Source: an uncultured Akkermansia sp. (lineage in GTDB: Bacteria > Verrucomicrobiota > Verrucomicrobiia > Verrucomicrobiales > V1-33). Taken from it: a DNA stretch of 64,000 bases. Location of the stretch: NCBI GenBank assembly GCA_964523105.1, contig CAZFZN010000032.1, positions 20,570 through 84,569 on the forward strand. Direction: 5' to 3'. The notes below the pieces were generated by a model. That model made no database searches and was not told where the DNA came from. It saw only the letters and a program-made list of their open reading frames with translations. The position numbers were made by a program, and so were the translations under genes. Shown here piece after piece: positions 54,779 through 63,003 of the stretch (the stretch's first letter is position 1; each line of letters begins with the position of its first letter).

Positions 54779-57310
54779 ATGTCCTCAGCCATTTCCTTCC
54801 CCCCCTCCAGCGCCACGCTGCACCGCCTGCCCAACGGCCTCGAAATCATCTTCCAGGAGGATCGCAGCGCTCCGCTCGTCAGCGTGCAGGCGTGGATCAA
54901 GACCGGGAGCATTCACGAGGCGTCGTTACTGGGCAGCGGAGTGTCGCATCTCTGTGAGCACATGGTTTTCCAGGGCGCGGGCAGCCGCGGGCCGGGGGAA
55001 CTGGCGCATGCGGTGCAGGAGACGGGCGGTTATCTGAATGCCTACACATCGTTCGACCGCACGGTGTACTGGATCGACACGCTGCGTGAGGGGCTGGACA
55101 CGGCGCTGGGCGTGCTGGCGGACCTGACGACGGCGGCACGATTCCCTCACGAGGAGTTTGAGAAGGAAAAGGACGTGATCCGGCGCGAGATCGACATGGG
55201 CAAAGACGATCCGGGGCGCGCGGTGGGACAGTTGATGTTCAGCACGGTGTTCCGCGAGCATCCCTATCGCGAGCCGGTCATCGGGCGCATCGAACTGTTC
55301 AATACCGTGGAGCGCGATGCGGCGCACCACTATTATACCGGCCGCTATGTGCCGGACCGCTCGTTCCTGGTGCTCGTGGGCGACTTCGATGCTGCGGAGG
55401 TGCTTGAGAAAGCAGCGGCGCGCTTCGGCGCATGGGCGCCGCGCAGCATACCGCATGTTCTCCTGCCGGGCGAACCGGCGCAGACGGCGCGGCGCGAGGC
55501 GCATGAACCGTTCAAAACGGAGATCACGAAAATGGAGCTGGCCTGGCGCATTCCCGGCGTTCTCCATGCCGATGCGGCAGCGCTGGAGGTGCTGGGCGTA
55601 CTGCTGGGGCATGGACGGGCCTCGCGCCTGTGGCGGAATGTGCGCGAGCGTCAGGCGCTGGTCCACACGGCGCATGCCGGCGCGTGGACGCCGGCGGAAG
55701 GCGGCCTTTTCTATATGAGCGCCGACTGCGACGCGGAGAAGCGTGGCGCCGCGGAACAGGCCATGCTGGCGGAAGTGGCCGCCATTCAGAATGACGGCGT
55801 GAAGGAGGGAGAAGTGCAGCGCGCGTCGCGGCAGTTTCTGGCGGATCAATTGAACGGCCTGACCACGATGCGCGGCATGGCCAGCGACCTCGGCAGCAAC
55901 TGGCTGGCGGCGGGGAATCTCGATTTCACCCGCGACTATCTGGCCTCCGTGAGCCGCGTGACGCCCGCGGATGTGCAGCGTGCGGCCCAAACGTGGCTGC
56001 GGGAGTCCGCACTCAACAGTGTCTCCGTCAATCCGCCCGCCGCGGCCGTGCGGAGCAAAGCGCGGAGCACCACGCACCGTCCGGGAGAAGTGCAGCGGCA
56101 TGTTTTTCCCAACGGGCTCACGCTGCTGGTGCGCGAGGATGCGCGGCTGCCGCTCGTCTCGATGCACGCCGCGCTGCGCGGCGGCACCCTGGCGGAAACG
56201 GCGGAGAACAGCGGGATCGGCCGCCTCATGGCGCGCACCATTGTAAAAGGCACGGCCACGCGCAGCGCGGATGAAATTGCCGACCTCATCGAGGGCGGCG
56301 GCGGCAGTGTGAGCGCGGACAGCGGCGGCAGCAGCCTCTCACTGTCGGTGAATGTGCTCCGCCCGGAACTCGCGACGGGTCTGGCGCTGTCGGCGGAGAT
56401 CCTGCTGCAGCCTTCTTTTCCGGAGGCTGAAGTCGCGCGCGAGATCGAACGTCAGGTCGCCGCACTCAAACAGCAGGAGGACCACCCGGGTTTCATCGCC
56501 TTCCGCGAGTTGCGCCGCGCGGCCTACGGCGACCACCCCTTCGCACTGAACCGCGAGGGGACGCCGGAATCGCTCGCCGGCCTGACAAGTTCCAGGGTGG
56601 CGGCCTTCCACGCAGCGCGCACCACGGCGGGGAATGCCGTGCTCGCGGTTTTCGGCGATGTGAAGTTCCACGAAGTGCGCTTCCTGGTGGCCAATTCGTT
56701 CGCTGAAATGCCGGCGGGGCCGCGACAGGACCGCGACGTCCTGCCCGCCCTGCCGCCGCACGCAGGCCGGACGATTTCCGTGCCGAAGGACAAAATGCAG
56801 GCGTTTCTCGCCGCCGGATTTCCCACCGTCGCTCTCACCCATCCCGACCGCGTGGTGCTCGACCTCATCGATGAAGCCTGCTCCGACATGGCCAGCCGCT
56901 TCTTCGAAGCCATTCGCGAAAAGCACGGCCTCGCCTACAGCGTCGGCGCGACGCAGGTGCTGGGAATGTGCCCCGGTCTGTTCACGTTCTACCTCAGCAC
57001 ATCGCCGGAAAAGCTCGACTTCGCCCAGGCGGAACTGGTGAAGGAAATCCACGCGTTGGCGGCCGACGGTCTGACGGATGCGGAAATCGAGCGCGCCCGC
57101 AAAACATGGATCGGCAAGCAGGCCATGCAGCAGCAGCACAGCGGCGGTCTGGCGCATGTCTGCGCGCTGGATGAACTCTACGGTCTCGGCTTCAACCACA
57201 GCAGCGAAGTGCTGGAGCGCGTGCGCGGCATCACGTCAGGCGAAGTCCGCGAAGTGTGCGCGCGCTACTTCTCCGCCGCGCCGATCGTCGTGCGCGTAGG
57301 ACAGGAGTAA
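54779..57310 (+). CDS. M16-family (pitrilysin/insulinase) zinc peptidase, two fused M16 units
   Basis: Inverted zinc motif HLCEH (HxxEH) in the N-terminal unit. The second unit (from about aa 430) lacks the motif. Confidence 0.85.
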   Translation: MSSAISFPPSSATLHRLPNGLEIIFQEDRSAPLVSVQAWIKTGSIHEASLLGSGVSHLCEHMVFQGAGSRGPGELAHAVQETGGYLNAYTSFDRTVYWIDTLREGLDTALGVLADLTTAARFPHEEFEKEKDVIRREIDMGKDDPGRAVGQLMFSTVFREHPYREPVIGRIELFNTVERDAAHHYYTGRYVPDRSFLVLVGDFDAAEVLEKAAARFGAWAPRSIPHVLLPGEPAQTARREAHEPFKTEITKMELAWRIPGVLHADAAALEVLGVLLGHGRASRLWRNVRERQALVHTAHAGAWTPAEGGLFYMSADCDAEKRGAAEQAMLAEVAAIQNDGVKEGEVQRASRQFLADQLNGLTTMRGMASDLGSNWLAAGNLDFTRDYLASVSRVTPADVQRAAQTWLRESALNSVSVNPPAAAVRSKARSTTHRPGEVQRHVFPNGLTLLVREDARLPLVSMHAALRGGTLAETAENSGIGRLMARTIVKGTATRSADEIADLIEGGGGSVSADSGGSSLSLSVNVLRPELATGLALSAEILLQPSFPEAEVAREIERQVAALKQQEDHPGFIAFRELRRAAYGDHPFALNREGTPESLAGLTSSRVAAFHAARTTAGNAVLAVFGDVKFHEVRFLVANSFAEMPAGPRQDRDVLPALPPHAGRTISVPKDKMQAFLAAGFPTVALTHPDRVVLDLIDEACSDMASRFFEAIREKHGLAYSVGATQVLGMCPGLFTFYLSTSPEKLDFAQAELVKEIHALAADGLTDAEIERARKTWIGKQAMQQQHSGGLAHVCALDELYGLGFNHSSEVLERVRGITSGEVREVCARYFSAAPIVVRVGQE

Positions 57311-57314
57311 GCGA

Positions 57315-57854
57315 TCACGGCACCAGCCACCACACCACTGCCACCGCGGCGGCGATCAGCAGCAAGAGGCATCCGAGGACGACGGGCGCGGTTCGGTCCC
57401 TGACCGGCTCCAGTCCGGCCGTCAGCATGGCCTGTCTTGCCGGTGAAAGCGGCGGCTGGAGCGCCTCCGGCGGAAGCCATGCGGGAGGAAGAGTCTCGAC
57501 GGGGGAGGTTTTCAGCTCCGGCTGTTCACTGGTTCGCGGCGCGGATTGCGGCGCGGGGAATACAGCCGGCGCCCCGCCCTCCTGTTCATAGACGAACTGC
57601 AGCGAACCGGCGGTGATGAGGTCGCCGTGATGGAGCGGCGCCCATGAGACCGGTTTGTTATTTACCAGCGTTCCGAGGCCGCTGCCGGCATCTTCGAGAA
57701 AGTGACCCGACTCCCACGGCTGGAGATGAAAATGCACGGGAGCCAGACCATAACCGGCGGCGATGGCCACCGCGTTGGCCGCGGATTCCCCCACGCTGAC
57801 ACGCTGGGCGGGCAGTGTCAGGGTGTGGCCGGTGGCGGCGCGCAGTCTGGGCAT
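57315..57854 (-). CDS. FHA domain protein with C-terminal TM anchor
   Basis: FHA-like core VSVGESAANAVAI...HFHL...FLEDAGSGLGTLVNNKPV...LHHGDLITAGSLQFVY. C-terminal LLLLIAAAVAVVWWLV. Confidence 0.65.
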   Translation of the reverse strand: MPRLRAATGHTLTLPAQRVSVGESAANAVAIAAGYGLAPVHFHLQPWESGHFLEDAGSGLGTLVNNKPVSWAPLHHGDLITAGSLQFVYEQEGGAPAVFPAPQSAPRTSEQPELKTSPVETLPPAWLPPEALQPPLSPARQAMLTAGLEPVRDRTAPVVLGCLLLLIAAAVAVVWWLVP

Positions 57855-57858
57855 GCGC

Positions 57859-60276
57859 TCAATACCATTGCGCCAGGCCGTTCTTCCACAGCGCCTTCAA
57901 TTCCGCGAGGTCTTCATCCACGAGCGACTTGTCGGCATCGATGAACACGCGCAACCGCCGGTGATTCGCCACGGTCTGGCCGAGCGGCGTGCACGGGAGT
58001 CCGCGAAAGGCATCGGTCACTTCGCGCATGTGCTCCTTGCGCACTTCGATGATGAACTGGCCCGGCGTCTCGTCGAACAGTTGCACCACCGGCGAAGTCG
58101 GCAGCGGCATGAGGAAAATATCCATGCCCGCCTTCATGCTGAACGCCATCTCGGCCAGTGCGGTGATGACGCCGCCTTCGGAAACATCGTGGGCGCTGAG
58201 AATGTGGCCGGCCTTCACGCATTCGTGATAGGCCTGATAGGAGGCGAACGCCTTCCCCGGATCGAACTGCGGCACCGGCTGATTTGTCAGGCCCTCGGTG
58301 CGGGCATAGACGCTGCCGCCGAGCGACGCGCGTGCCTTGGCCGAGTCCGGTCCGCCGATGAGATAGAGCCAGCTTCCGCTGCGGCGAATGCTGCTGCCGG
58401 TGACGTGCCTGGCGTCCTCCACAATGCCGAGACCGCTGATCAGGGCCGTCACCGGAATGCTCACCGGTCCATCCTCCGTGTTGAAGTAATTGTAGAAGCT
58501 GTCCTTCCCGCTGATGAACGGCGTGCCATAGACCGTGGCCGCTTCCGACAAGCCTTTCGCCGCCTCCACCAGCGCGCCCAGTTGCTTCGGGTCATGCGGA
58601 TTGCCCATGCAGAAGTTGTCGAGGATGGCGAGTTTGTCAGGATTTGCGCCGCACAGGATGAGTTGCCGCACGCACTCGTCCACGCACGCGCGTCCCATGG
58701 CGCGGGGATCGTATTTGCCCCACTCCGGCAGCAAACTCAACGCCAGCGCCACCAGCCGCTGGCTGCCCTCCACCCGGATGACGCTCCCGTCCTGCGGGGC
58801 ATCACCCGCGGCGCCGGCCAGCGGCTTGAGCACCGTGTTGCCCTGCACCTCGTGATCGTATTCGCGAATGACCGGCTCGCGGCTCACCACGGCGAAATCG
58901 GAAATCACGCGCCGCAGCACTGCGCCCAGATCGTTGTCAGGCAATGCCGGCAGCGGGCTCCACTGCGGCGTGGTCCATTCCGCTTTCAATTTCAAACGCG
59001 GCGCGTCGTGCAAACGGCGGCAGTCGAGTTCGCAGACGGTGAATCCGTGATGCTTCACTTTGAGAATGCCGGTGCCGTCGGACTTGCCGAGCACCGTCAA
59101 CTCCGTCTCCCAGGTGGCGGCGATTTCGCGCAGTTTCTCCAGATTCTCCTCCTTCACCGCGAGCACCATGCGCTCCTGACTTTCGCTCAGAAAGATGTGC
59201 CAGCTCAGCAGTCCCGGCTGTTTCAGCGGCGCGTTATCCAGGAGGATCTCCCCGCCGGTCTCGCTCAGCATCTCGCCCGCAGCACTGGAGAATCCTCCCG
59301 CGCCGCAGTCAGTGATGCACTCGATGAGGCCCTGCGCCCGCGCATCGAGCACAAAATCCGCCGCCTTCTTCTCCTCGATAGGATTTCCGATCTGTACCGC
59401 CGTCTGATCCTCCTCATGACTGTCGGTTCCCAGCGCGGCGCTGGAAAACGTCGCGCCTTTCAGTCCGTCCATGCCCGTCCGTGCACCGACCGCGATGATC
59501 ACATGCCCCGGCTGCACCTCCTTGGGAATATCCGCGCCCGGGATCACTCCCGCCGTGCCGCAAAACACCAGCGGATTGTAGATGAACGTGTCGTCGAACT
59601 GAATCGCGCCGCCGGTCGTCGGAATGCCCATTCGGTTTCCGTAATCCCTAACGCCGCGCACCACGCCGCGCATGATGCCCAGCGGATGGATCACATCCTT
59701 CGCCTTGATGTCCTCCTGCTTCGTGTCCGGCCTGCCAAAACAAAACACGTCCAGCGACGCCACCGGCTTCGCTCCTTTTCCCGCGCCGAGAATATCGCGG
59801 ATCACCCCGCCCAGCCCCGTGTTCGCGCCGGCATACGGCTCGATCGCGCTCGGGTGATTGTGCGTCTCCACCTTCAGGCACGCTGCCAGCCCCGGATCAA
59901 TCTCGATGAACCCCGCGTTGTCCGTGAACGCACTCAGCACAAACCCCGGCTTCTCCGCCATGATGGCCTCACTCGGCTTGCGGATCAGCGTCTTGAAAAT
60001 GCCGTCCACTACTTCCGTCTTCCCATCGAGCGTGAACGTAATCTCCGCGCCAAAGATCCGGTGCTTGCAGTGTTCGCTCCATGTCTGCGCGATCACCTCC
60101 AGTTCCACATCCGTCGGCTCGCGGCCCGCCTCTTTATAATACGCCTGCACCGCCAGCATATCCTCACGGCTCAGCGACAGCTTCATCTCTTTGGAAATCC
60201 CGTGCAGCGCCTCGCCATCGAGGTGCAGCAGGGGAATGGTGCGGTAACAGGGCTGGTCGGAGGAGGGAGCGCTCAT
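57859..60276 (-). CDS. purL: Phosphoribosylformylglycinamidine synthase subunit PurL
   Basis: Start at MSAPSSD (ATG at 60276). TDVELEVIAQTWSEHCKHRIF, VETHNHPSAIEPYAGA, GGVIRD. Confidence 0.9.
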   Translation of the reverse strand: MSAPSSDQPCYRTIPLLHLDGEALHGISKEMKLSLSREDMLAVQAYYKEAGREPTDVELEVIAQTWSEHCKHRIFGAEITFTLDGKTEVVDGIFKTLIRKPSEAIMAEKPGFVLSAFTDNAGFIEIDPGLAACLKVETHNHPSAIEPYAGANTGLGGVIRDILGAGKGAKPVASLDVFCFGRPDTKQEDIKAKDVIHPLGIMRGVVRGVRDYGNRMGIPTTGGAIQFDDTFIYNPLVFCGTAGVIPGADIPKEVQPGHVIIAVGARTGMDGLKGATFSSAALGTDSHEEDQTAVQIGNPIEEKKAADFVLDARAQGLIECITDCGAGGFSSAAGEMLSETGGEILLDNAPLKQPGLLSWHIFLSESQERMVLAVKEENLEKLREIAATWETELTVLGKSDGTGILKVKHHGFTVCELDCRRLHDAPRLKLKAEWTTPQWSPLPALPDNDLGAVLRRVISDFAVVSREPVIREYDHEVQGNTVLKPLAGAAGDAPQDGSVIRVEGSQRLVALALSLLPEWGKYDPRAMGRACVDECVRQLILCGANPDKLAILDNFCMGNPHDPKQLGALVEAAKGLSEAATVYGTPFISGKDSFYNYFNTEDGPVSIPVTALISGLGIVEDARHVTGSSIRRSGSWLYLIGGPDSAKARASLGGSVYARTEGLTNQPVPQFDPGKAFASYQAYHECVKAGHILSAHDVSEGGVITALAEMAFSMKAGMDIFLMPLPTSPVVQLFDETPGQFIIEVRKEHMREVTDAFRGLPCTPLGQTVANHRRLRVFIDADKSLVDEDLAELKALWKNGLAQWY

Positions 60277-60289
60277 GCTGCGACAAAGC

Positions 60290-60316
60290 AGGGGCGCGGG
60301 CGGAGTCAAACGGGTG
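60290..60316. repeat. 27-nt direct repeat, copy 1 (cagggGcgcgggcggagtcaaacgggTg) in the purL leader region
   Basis: It matches 61744-61770 at all but the two capitalised positions, including a 19-nt exact run gcgggcggagtcaaacggg. Confidence 0.8.
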
Positions 60317-60406
60317 AGAAGGGCAAGCCCCGCAGCGCCGCCCGCTCACTGCGAACATATCAACGCGGGCTCCCCTCCATTGCTTGACTAACCCCTCTCC
60401 GGAATT

Positions 60407-61123
60407 ATGGTAATTACAGGCCGCTCTCCACCTATGAATAGCTCCCCTTTCATGAGCCCCCCTGCTCCGCCAACCGGCCAGCGCATCACCAGTGCCGGCG
60501 GCATCGCACTCGACGGCGCCAGACTGGTCGTCCCCAATGGCTATGTCTTTCCCCCAATCTGCCCGGTTACCGGAGAAACGACCGGCCTTGAGGCTCCCTT
60601 GACCCGGCGCCGCGTGTCTAATGCACATAAGACTGCCCTCGGAAAGACCGCGATCGGACTGCTGAATGGCCCCATAGGCCTGATCGCAGCAAGCCGGGCG
60701 GCGGCCAAAGACTACACTTACACTTTTCGCCCCAGCCTCCGCGCCACGCGACGCTGGAAGCTCGTTCGCCGGCTCGGCATCCTCATGATTATTGCCGCGT
60801 GCTACGGCTTTGGAAAAGGGCTCTCGCTGGAGAGCATCCCGGTGCTGTCCGCCAGCATGGTGCTGTTCGGCCTCGGTTGCATTACGAGCGTAGGCTTCTT
60901 CGACAGCGTCGCCGTCACCCGCGTTCGAAACGGCCAGCTTTGGCTCACCGGCATCCCGCGCCGCATCAGCGAAAAGATTGTGGAAATCGAACATGGTCGC
61001 ATCGAAGCCGCTCGCCGCGCTGCTCTCGCTCAGCAACAAGCCAGCGCTGCATCTTCATTGCACGGATCGCCCTTCGTTGCCGCCGGTCCTCCGCCACTGC
61101 CGCCAGGATGGCAGGCATCCTGA
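60407..61123 (+). CDS. Hypothetical membrane protein
   Basis: Two predicted TM helices (LGILMIIAACYGFG, VLSASMVLFGLGCITSVGFF). No recognised family. The start may be at 60434. Confidence 0.45.
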   Translation: MVITGRSPPMNSSPFMSPPAPPTGQRITSAGGIALDGARLVVPNGYVFPPICPVTGETTGLEAPLTRRRVSNAHKTALGKTAIGLLNGPIGLIAASRAAAKDYTYTFRPSLRATRRWKLVRRLGILMIIAACYGFGKGLSLESIPVLSASMVLFGLGCITSVGFFDSVAVTRVRNGQLWLTGIPRRISEKIVEIEHGRIEAARRAALAQQQASAASSLHGSPFVAAGPPPLPPGWQAS

Positions 61124-61184
61124 CAGACCAGGCGCCTCGCCTGCGCAGGACTTACAGCCTTCGGACGCTCATTGCGACACGATC

Positions 61185-61240
61185 GCCGTGCTTGCAGCGC
61201 GGGCGGGTGCGCCGCCGCCGGCTCCGTGATGGCTCAAGGC
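61185..61240. repeat. Degenerate duplicate of the 5' end of the ORF that starts at 62928 (left boundary of the TA island)
   Basis: cgccgtgcttgcagcgcgggcgggtgcgcc|gccgccggctccgtgatggctcaagg matches 62881-62911 joined to 62973-63003, with the intervening 61 nt (including the ATG) missing. Confidence 0.8.
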
Positions 61241-61419
61241 CGTGCAATCTCCAACTGCCGGCAAATACTCCGCACCGTTCCCTCCTTCACCTCGCAGTGG
61301 CGGGGTGCCGGTGCCACCTTGCCGTTCGCCGGGTTTTTCCAGAGTGTGTAATTTACGCCTTCCCGCTCAAAGTGGCAGCCGTAATCCCGCAGATGCCGCT
61401 CCAAATCATTCAGCTTCAC
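61234..61419 (-). CDS. hicA: HicA-family toxin (type II TA)
   Basis: 61 aa. MKLNDLERHLRDYGCHFEREG..Y.LWKNP.NGK..P.PRH.EVKEGTVRSICRQLEI is typical of HicA/YcfA. Its ATG overlaps the hicB stop (ATGA). Confidence 0.85.
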   Translation of the reverse strand: MKLNDLERHLRDYGCHFEREGVNYTLWKNPANGKVAPAPRHCEVKEGTVRSICRQLEIARP

Positions 61420-61655
61420 ACCGGCGCGAGTTCGAATTCGTGTCGCACAGCACCGGCGGCAGGTTGTTTTCGCCGGGCCTCCCCGCGGTGGTAGTCCATG
61501 ACCAGCTTGAGCGCATCGAACAAATTTGCCTCCGCCTCCTCAATGGTTTCTCCCTCGGAGAATACTTCCGGCAGTTCCTCGAACGAGGAGGTGAACCCGC
61601 CTTCCGGGGCCGGTTCAATTACGGCAGTGAGCTTGACTCGTTCGTGCAGATTCAT
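61416..61655 (-). CDS. hicB: HicB-family antitoxin (short UPF0150 form)
   Basis: Start reset to MNLHERVKLTAVIEPAPEGGFTSSFEELPEVFSEGETIEEAEANLFDALKLVM (ATG at 61655). It lies upstream of hicA and overlaps it. Confidence 0.8.
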   Translation of the reverse strand: MNLHERVKLTAVIEPAPEGGFTSSFEELPEVFSEGETIEEAEANLFDALKLVMDYHRGEARRKQPAAGAVRHEFELAPV

Positions 61656-61743
61656 GGGGGATCGCTTCGTTTCATTCCTGCGGCCGCTCAAGCTGGAATC
61701 CCGGCATGACGGCACAGCGTCCGGACGGCGGCTTCGGCAAGTC

Positions 61744-61770
61744 AGGGCCGCGGGCGGAGTCAAACGGGCG
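61744..61770. repeat. 27-nt direct repeat, copy 2, overlapping the PIN toxin stop codon
   Basis: See 60290-60316. Confidence 0.8.
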
Positions 61771-62188
61771 CAACGGCGCGCAGTTCCGCCAGAAAGGCCA
61801 CTGGTTCGCAAGTGACGAACTCAGGATAGAAGCACCCCGCGTTCAGGAGATGAGCATCATAGGTCACCAAATGCGTTGCTGCACCGTTGAGCGCGCAAAG
61901 GACGAACGCGATATCATCCGCATCCGCCGGATAGTGGCGGAGGTGAAAGAAGCGGATGGGCACGGTCTCTCCCATTGTGAGCAGGTCCGCGGCAAGGGCC
62001 TCGACTTCCGCCTTCGGCTTCCCCAACTCCAGAAGCTTCTCTGCATACTCCGCCACCAGGTCCAGCGTGACCAGCAGCACAAACCGCCCGGCGCGCCACC
62101 ACGCCATGATCTCCCTGTTCGGACTGCCTGGATTGTTCGCACATCCGGATGCCAGCACCACATTCGTATCCAGGACGGCGCGCAGCAT
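61760..62188 (-). CDS. PIN-domain toxin (type II TA)
   Basis: MLRAVLDTNVVLAS (N-terminal Asp), acidic residues in LDLVAEY and DADDIAFV, and THLVTYDAHL. 142 aa. Confidence 0.8.
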   Translation of the reverse strand: MLRAVLDTNVVLASGCANNPGSPNREIMAWWRAGRFVLLVTLDLVAEYAEKLLELGKPKAEVEALAADLLTMGETVPIRFFHLRHYPADADDIAFVLCALNGAATHLVTYDAHLLNAGCFYPEFVTCEPVAFLAELRAVAPV

Positions 62189-62191
62189 AAG

Positions 62192-62458
62192 TCAGGATGG
62201 GTCCGCTTCCGTCAGCCGCAGGTAGCGTTCCTCAAACTCCGCCATCGCCGCCTTACGATTGAATCCCTCCGCCTTACGGCGCTCCGCCGTCAGCCGCGCC
62301 CGCTCCACCAGGGCCAATGTCTCCGGGCTGAACCGCCGCTGACGCTCCTCATGCTGTGCCACTTCCATACGAATGAAATTCACCACACGCTCCGTCAGGC
62401 CCGGCACCGCTTCGGCCCGGGCCGCGATGTCCTCAGGAATCTGAATCGCGGCACCCAT
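62192..62458 (-). CDS. Putative antitoxin partner of the PIN toxin
   Basis: 88-aa helical protein starting at MGAAIQIPEDIAARAE, ending 3 nt upstream of the PIN start. The family is not recognised. Confidence 0.55.
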   Translation of the reverse strand: MGAAIQIPEDIAARAEAVPGLTERVVNFIRMEVAQHEERQRRFSPETLALVERARLTAERRKAEGFNRKAAMAEFEERYLRLTEADPS

Positions 62459-62518
62459 GCCGTGGAATCTGAACCGATTCGCTGAATTTGCAAATCCTCC
62501 GCACCGTGTCCCGCTCAA
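62459..62518 (-). pseudogene. Decayed hicA remnant downstream of the second hicB
   Basis: An ATG overlaps the hicB2 stop (ATGA) as in the intact pair. The following DNA (ggtgcggaggatttgc ... agattccacggc) is homologous to the 3' end of hicA1 (ggtgcggagtatttgc ... agattgcacggc). The first roughly 45 codons are missing and the frame is disrupted. Confidence 0.55.
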
Positions 62519-62754
62519 ACCCGGGTGAGTGCGAACTCGCGGTAAACCCGCATCGCCGCCGGTTTCGCCAGGCGCGCTTCATACCGGGAAACCTTCATCA
62601 CAGCGTGCAGCACCTCCAAGACATTCCTCTCCGCCGCCTCCATCGTTGGTCCCTCAGCCGAAATGCCCGGCAGTTCTTCAATCGTGCTGGTATATCCGCC
62701 TTCGGGACCCGGTTCGATAGCGACTGTTATTTTCAAGGAATGCACCGGAATCAT
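62515..62754 (-). CDS. hicB: HicB-family antitoxin, second copy (orphan)
   Basis: MIPVHSLKITVAIEPGPEGGYTSTIEELPGISAEGPTMEAAERNVLEVLHAVM is a clear paralogue of the 61416-61655 product. Confidence 0.75.
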   Translation of the reverse strand: MIPVHSLKITVAIEPGPEGGYTSTIEELPGISAEGPTMEAAERNVLEVLHAVMKVSRYEARLAKPAAMRVYREFALTRV

Positions 62755-62880
62755 CCTATCGACGTCCACACTGCCCACTTCGCCTTGCGCTGCAAGCTCT
62801 GCGTCACGTCATTATCTTGAGTCATCTTTAGCCCCCTTTGGTAACGATGCCCAGCCGCCAGGATTTTGCCTCCAACTTTT

Positions 62881-63003
62881 GCGCCGGGCTTGCAGCGCGG
62901 GCGGGTGCGCCTTACGGCGGCGGGCCTATGGCAGACACACTTTCTGAATACCTCCTCTGGCACGGCACGGATGCGCCGCCGCCGGCTCCGCGATGGCTCA
63001 CGG
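62881..63003. repeat. Intact target copy of the sequence duplicated at 61185-61240 (right boundary of the TA island; covers the leader and first 25 codons of the downstream ORF)
   Basis: See 61185-61240. The two matching blocks are 62881-62911 and 62973-63003. Confidence 0.8.

Noticed and set aside
57763-60387. 874-aa + strand ORF opposite purL
   Set aside because: It is an antisense shadow of a highly conserved housekeeping gene, and its translation is Arg-rich and motif-free.
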